A program made the translations under genes and the position numbers. Shown piece by piece: positions 60,278 through 60,562 of a DNA stretch of 60,562 nt; the first letter of the stretch is position 1, and the number at the start of each line of letters is the position of its first letter. This DNA is from a virus (Duplodnaviria; Caudoviricetes): positions 1-60,562 of the IMG/VR virus record IMGVR_UViG_3300002052_000004; one strand, written 5' to 3'. A model generated the notes under the pieces. That model worked only from the letters and a program-made list of their open reading frames with translations. It was not told where the DNA came from and did not search any database.

Positions 60278-60562
60278 TGGTAGATGCACAAGACGTGAGA
60301 GACGTACTTGCAAAGCTTTCGACTTTACGGGTACACGATGATACGATAAATAAACAAATAGGGCTTGCGAATACCATTGTGGAGAATGAAAGTGCCGATG
60401 GTATACTGGAGGCAACACTGGAGAGTGCAAGGTTAGTTATCGCTACTCATCTGACTCTTGCGGCGTATGCGGCTAAACTGGAGAGGAGTGTCGGAGCTGT
60501 TCCAGCGGAAGTTGCATCACAATTAGCTTTCTGGAAAACACAGAGAGATATTCATATGGGGT
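60277..60562 (+). CDS. 5' part of the putative head-tail adaptor (continues to position 195)
   Basis: TAATG coupling at 60275-60279; MVDAQDVRDVL...; open through the end of the window. Confidence 0.75.
   Translation, partial: MVDAQDVRDVLAKLSTLRVHDDTINKQIGLANTIVENESADGILEATLESARLVIATHLTLAAYAAKLERSVGAVPAEVASQLAFWKTQRDIHMG
60469..60562. repeat. Terminal direct repeat, copy 2
   Basis: Identical to bases 1-94. Confidence 0.97.

Noticed and set aside
60469-60562. 94-bp end repeat as a biological terminal repeat
   Set aside because: It falls in the middle of a gene and the ORF reads through it; best explained as assembly overlap of a circular or permuted genome
1-60562. tRNA genes, integrase or att site
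   Set aside because: No cloverleaf with T-loop consensus and no tyrosine/serine recombinase motifs noticed by eye; tRNAscan-SE would be needed to exclude tRNAs

Overview
The window is an apparently complete circular genome (~60,468 bp; bases 1-94 are repeated at 60469-60562) of a tailed, siphovirus-like archaeal dsDNA virus (Caudoviricetes). The inferred host is a TACK archaeon, most likely Bathyarchaeia, based on GGAGGTGA ribosome-binding sites, BRE-TATA promoters, a Bathyarchaeia-type exported protein and an Elf1-like gene. The + strand carries morphogenesis genes: terminase, portal, protease/scaffold, major capsid protein, neck, tail tube, chaperones, tape measure and tail tip (45955-60562 continuing into 1-11736). 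The - strand carries replication and nucleotide-modification genes (PolB, MCM-like ATPase, ERCC4 nuclease, Cas4-like nuclease, AAA recombinase, SSB, folE/queD/queE/queC and a DpdA/TGT-like enzyme) and many small early genes. The most notable signals are: (1) a 1209-aa tail-tip protein with about 70 Cys in SCIFF/CXXX-like C-[QE]-x-x repeats, encoded next to a radical SAM/SPASM maturase, suggesting RiPP-type thioether cross-linking of a virion protein; (2) a ~0.7-0.95 kb highly structured non-coding RNA candidate upstream of an HNH gene; (3) a canonical hammerhead ribozyme; (4) a 7-deazaguanine DNA-modification pathway together with strong GATC avoidance; (5) a viral Elf1-like factor, a type I toxin-like peptide cassette and a 198-nt C-free tract. 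All assignments come from reading motifs by eye; no database searches were run.
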